Below, piece after piece: positions 61,201-64,000 of a stretch of DNA of 64,000 nt. Position numbers and translations under genes: made by a program. Origin of the DNA: Vitrella brassicaformis CCMP3155 (Eukaryota; Protista; Chromerida); assembly GCA_001179505.1 (NCBI GenBank), contig CDMY01000055.1:124001-188000 (forward strand), given 5' to 3'. The notes under the pieces were generated by a model. It saw only the letters and a program-made list of their open reading frames with translations, was not told the origin of the DNA and made no database searches. Numbering within the stretch: position 1 is the stretch's first letter; each line of letters starts with the position of its first letter.

Positions 61201-63330
61201 GCACAGCTGCTGAGACGGGGCGGACGGCGAGGAATTCATTCCTTGACAGAAAATCCTCGAGCAAAGCTGACTCCTGTCGACACCAGCCAGAGCTTGAGGG
61301 GATGTTTTTTTTACACCCACCCACCTCAGTCTGCGTCTCGATGGATATGTGCCGCTCCCGATATCGGCGCTTCGGTGACAAATCGAGCTCGGTCACCGCA
61401 ACCGATGTATCCCGTTCCACCTCTGCTGTTCTCCCAAGGTCGATCTTCAATTGGGAGACCTCAGATCTCACTGGACTGATGTCGTCCTTGTGCAGCGGGG
61501 ATGCCTCGCTCCTGTCTGCGTCTTCCTCCTCCAAATGATCCTCGTACAAGAGGTTGTACCGTGCCCGGGATAAATCGATGCGCCGAATGGTCTGCAGGCG
61601 TGACAGCCGTGAGTGGATCCGATGATTCCAGGCATCTCACCTGCTGCAGGTCGCTGCACTTCGTCTGCAGCCGGAGGTTGATGTTGAGCTGCTCAGACAT
61701 GACCTTGTGAGCGTCCCTGGCGCGCCGCGTCATGGCGTGCAGCGCCTTGTGCTGCGTGTCTCGATATTTGTTCAATGCCCTCAGAAGTTCCTCCCAGTAA
61801 TCCATGACGAAGATACGTAGATGCTGCACACACGGGGCGTGGCTCGGGAGGGAGCTGACTAGGTGACGCTGAGGCAAGGACACAGGGGACTCCGGAGATT
61901 CACAGAACGTCTGAAAGTAGCTTACTTGCAGTTCCAGCATCTGACCCTCGTATACTTCTAGAATCCTCCTGAACTCACTCAACATGCCGTCGCTGGCTTC
62001 ACAACATCGCCATGCCTCATCGATGTCGTCAACCAGCCAGTCCTTGCGCAGCAGAGTGTCAACACTCTCGACACTTTTTTCGCACTTCACGGCCTCTCCT
62101 GCCTCTTCCGTGTCTTCCACTTCATCTTCTCTCAGCCCGGCACCGCGCAGAAACGAGTCATAGAAGGTCTTGGGAGGCGGCAGCTTCTCACTACGAAGCA
62201 TGTTGTACAGGGATGCGATCAAGTACCGTGCGTCCTCCTCGCCAACGCCGCACTCGGGCTCTTGTGCCGGCTTCTCGGTCGTTGTATCTTCCTGTGTTTG
62301 CTCGACCTCTTTCTCCGCCTCTCTCCATCCTCTCTGCTGTGTCGCTCCAGCAGTGGTGGGGAGACGTGTGGATGACGAGGCCGTGCGAGACGCCGGCGAG
62401 ACCGCCCTTTCACTCGTCTCGACAATTGCCAGCTGGGCCTTTTGCTTCGGCGATGGCCGGCGGGGTCTTGCTGGAGCAGTCCGCGAGGGCGATTCCTGTC
62501 TCTCTCCATGTTTCTCGGTCATCGCTGCCTCAGACACCGGCAAAGGCGCAGGCCCTTCACCGAGATGAATTGTAGTCGACGCGGGCCGCCGCTGCTGTCC
62601 CAGCTCGATAGGCTTGACCTTGGCAGATGCCGCCGTGCCTGGACACGATGGGCCAATGCCTCGCAGGTCGGTAGGCTCCCTCAAGGACAGGGAGAACCGG
62701 TGTGACATGTTTGGCCGGGACAAGTCTTGTCTCTGCATGAGCTCGGTCATCGGCCGACAGCCGTCGCACTTGCGAGAAGGGGGATGGCCGGGGGAGGGGG
62801 AGGGAGGGGGGGACGATGCGGCGGGCGAGGGCTGCCTCCTTCTTTTCTTGGCCTTGGTTGACGCCTCCTCGCGGAGCACAGTGGTCGTGAGGTCTGTTGC
62901 TGCTGGCTGTGGGTGCATCCGCTCAAGCTCCGCAAGATACGACTCAAAGCCTGGATGAATGAATCCACCCAAAACACACAGGTCTGTAGAGTGCCTGTCT
63001 GCCTGTGTCCGCTCGTGCTGCTCATTGCTTGGTCAGATTACTCAAGAGACTTTCCACAGCCCCACGCCACTCCTGATATGAACTCTGTGGCGGCTCGTCC
63101 GGCAGCGTCCTTTCGTCGCTGAACATGCTCAGACCTGCGTTGTCAAAGAGCCTGCATTCATACGACACAGTGTCACACAGTGATGGCGCAGGAGGATGGC
63201 CGGCCACGAAGACACTATCAGATCCTTCATCTCCAGCCCCGACCTGTCATCTGTTTCGTCAGCTTTCCCCCCAAGACGCGATGCCTTGAACGGTGTTTTC
63301 ATCCCAACATTCTCAACTCGGTGGGTGAAG
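58270..63330 (-). CDS. Large coiled-coil / low-complexity protein, weak resemblance to TSNAXIP1-like flagellar proteins; 5' end uncertain
   Basis: Long exons 61461-62972 and 59147-61549. Coiled coil YWEELLRALNKYRDTQHK...LQTKCSDLQQ; block FCYFLHQFQVVPFAKVELFSFLRSL...LFGRIVG. Confidence 0.6.
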
Positions 63331-63537
63331 GGATACCTTCCAACTTCACAAACAAAAGAGCATGGGGTGTGACTCACAATAAATCACTCTCACCTGTCGT
63401 GTTTTCCTCTTGCAAGGGGCGCATAGGATTCATTGTCATCGTTTTCTTCATGGCAGTTGGCGAGCTTAGCCCGCTGGGGGCTTCCTGGGGGCGAGACGCA
63501 AACTTCAACAAAGCATTCAATTGTCAGCTGTAGCGCA

Positions 63538-64000
63538 ATGGCCAGAGTCATGCAGGATTCGGCTACTGCTTTGCTGCGGCATCTTGCAGTCCGCAGCAGA
63601 GAGGATGACATCGCAGCGTCTGATGTGTTCAGCCCGGTGCCTCACGGCCGCAATGCATCGGAGGGCCTCAACCCGACGGTGGTCTACTTCGTTATCGGCC
63701 TCTACATCCTCTGCGGTACCCTACTGCTCGTGGCACTCAATGCAGATGCCGCAGACAGGCGGTTCAAGGCACTCAAGGCCAAGGCGGAGAAGAGCAGCAC
63801 GCAGCAGGGACGGCGCAAGTCGTCCCTCATGTCGCCCGTGTCCTACAGAGGCTCACTTGCCAGGATCGAGCAAATCGTCGGTAAGAAATCGCTGCCGGAA
63901 GACGTGATAGCGTCGGCATTGGCCGACCAGCTGATGAAGGAAGCGGTGACAATTAAGCAGTTGGGGCTGCAGACGGCTAATGGGGAGGCGGAGGGCTCTG
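63538..64000 (+). CDS. 3'-partial ORF with one predicted TM helix (absent from ORF track)
   Basis: MARVMQDSATALLRHL...PTVVYFVIGLYILCGTLLLVALN...RRFKALKAKAEK...LADQLMKEAV... stays open to the window end. Confidence 0.65.
   Translation, partial: MARVMQDSATALLRHLAVRSREDDIAASDVFSPVPHGRNASEGLNPTVVYFVIGLYILCGTLLLVALNADAADRRFKALKAKAEKSSTQQGRRKSSLMSPVSYRGSLARIEQIVGKKSLPEDVIASALADQLMKEAVTIKQLGLQTANGEAEGS

Noticed and set aside
1-64000. rRNA, tRNA, intact transposase, reverse transcriptase or integrase
   Set aside because: No cloverleaf, rRNA-like block, YxDD RT motif or DDE core recognised by eye; tRNAscan-SE, Infernal and a TE HMM scan would be needed to exclude them.

Overview
Eukaryotic, GC-rich, intron-dense genomic DNA. 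Many short GT-AG introns are filled with (CA)n, (GA)n, (TCTG)n and (TGGA)n microsatellites. An alveolin gene plus a bipartite plastid-targeting leader point to a chromerid alveolate, most likely Vitrella brassicaformis (inference). Most entries in the ORF track are single exons or shadow ORFs, so I spliced genes by eye. Left to right: a 5'-partial HAD-like hydrolase; an intronless DUF4345-like membrane protein; a ~5.3 kb ankyrin/coiled-coil/RING gene; a CXC-like Cys cluster, a decayed ORF and a spliced DEDDh exonuclease; a 4-exon secreted 18-Cys protein; an alveolin; a duplicated or mis-scaffolded block between two 300-N gaps; a secreted type-B carboxylesterase; a TMEM151-like ORF; an unknown multi-exon gene; a ~7 kb LRR + Cys-rich + multi-TM receptor-like gene; a small plastid-targeted basic protein; a large coiled-coil protein; and a 3'-partial TM ORF. 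The dominant theme is one lineage-specific family with seven copies or fragments in 37 kb. Some carry an F-box-like N-terminus, they show every stage of decay, and four share an intron 22-23 nt after the stop codon. I saw no rRNA, tRNA, CRISPR array or intact transposase/RT. All family assignments are motif recognition, not database searches.
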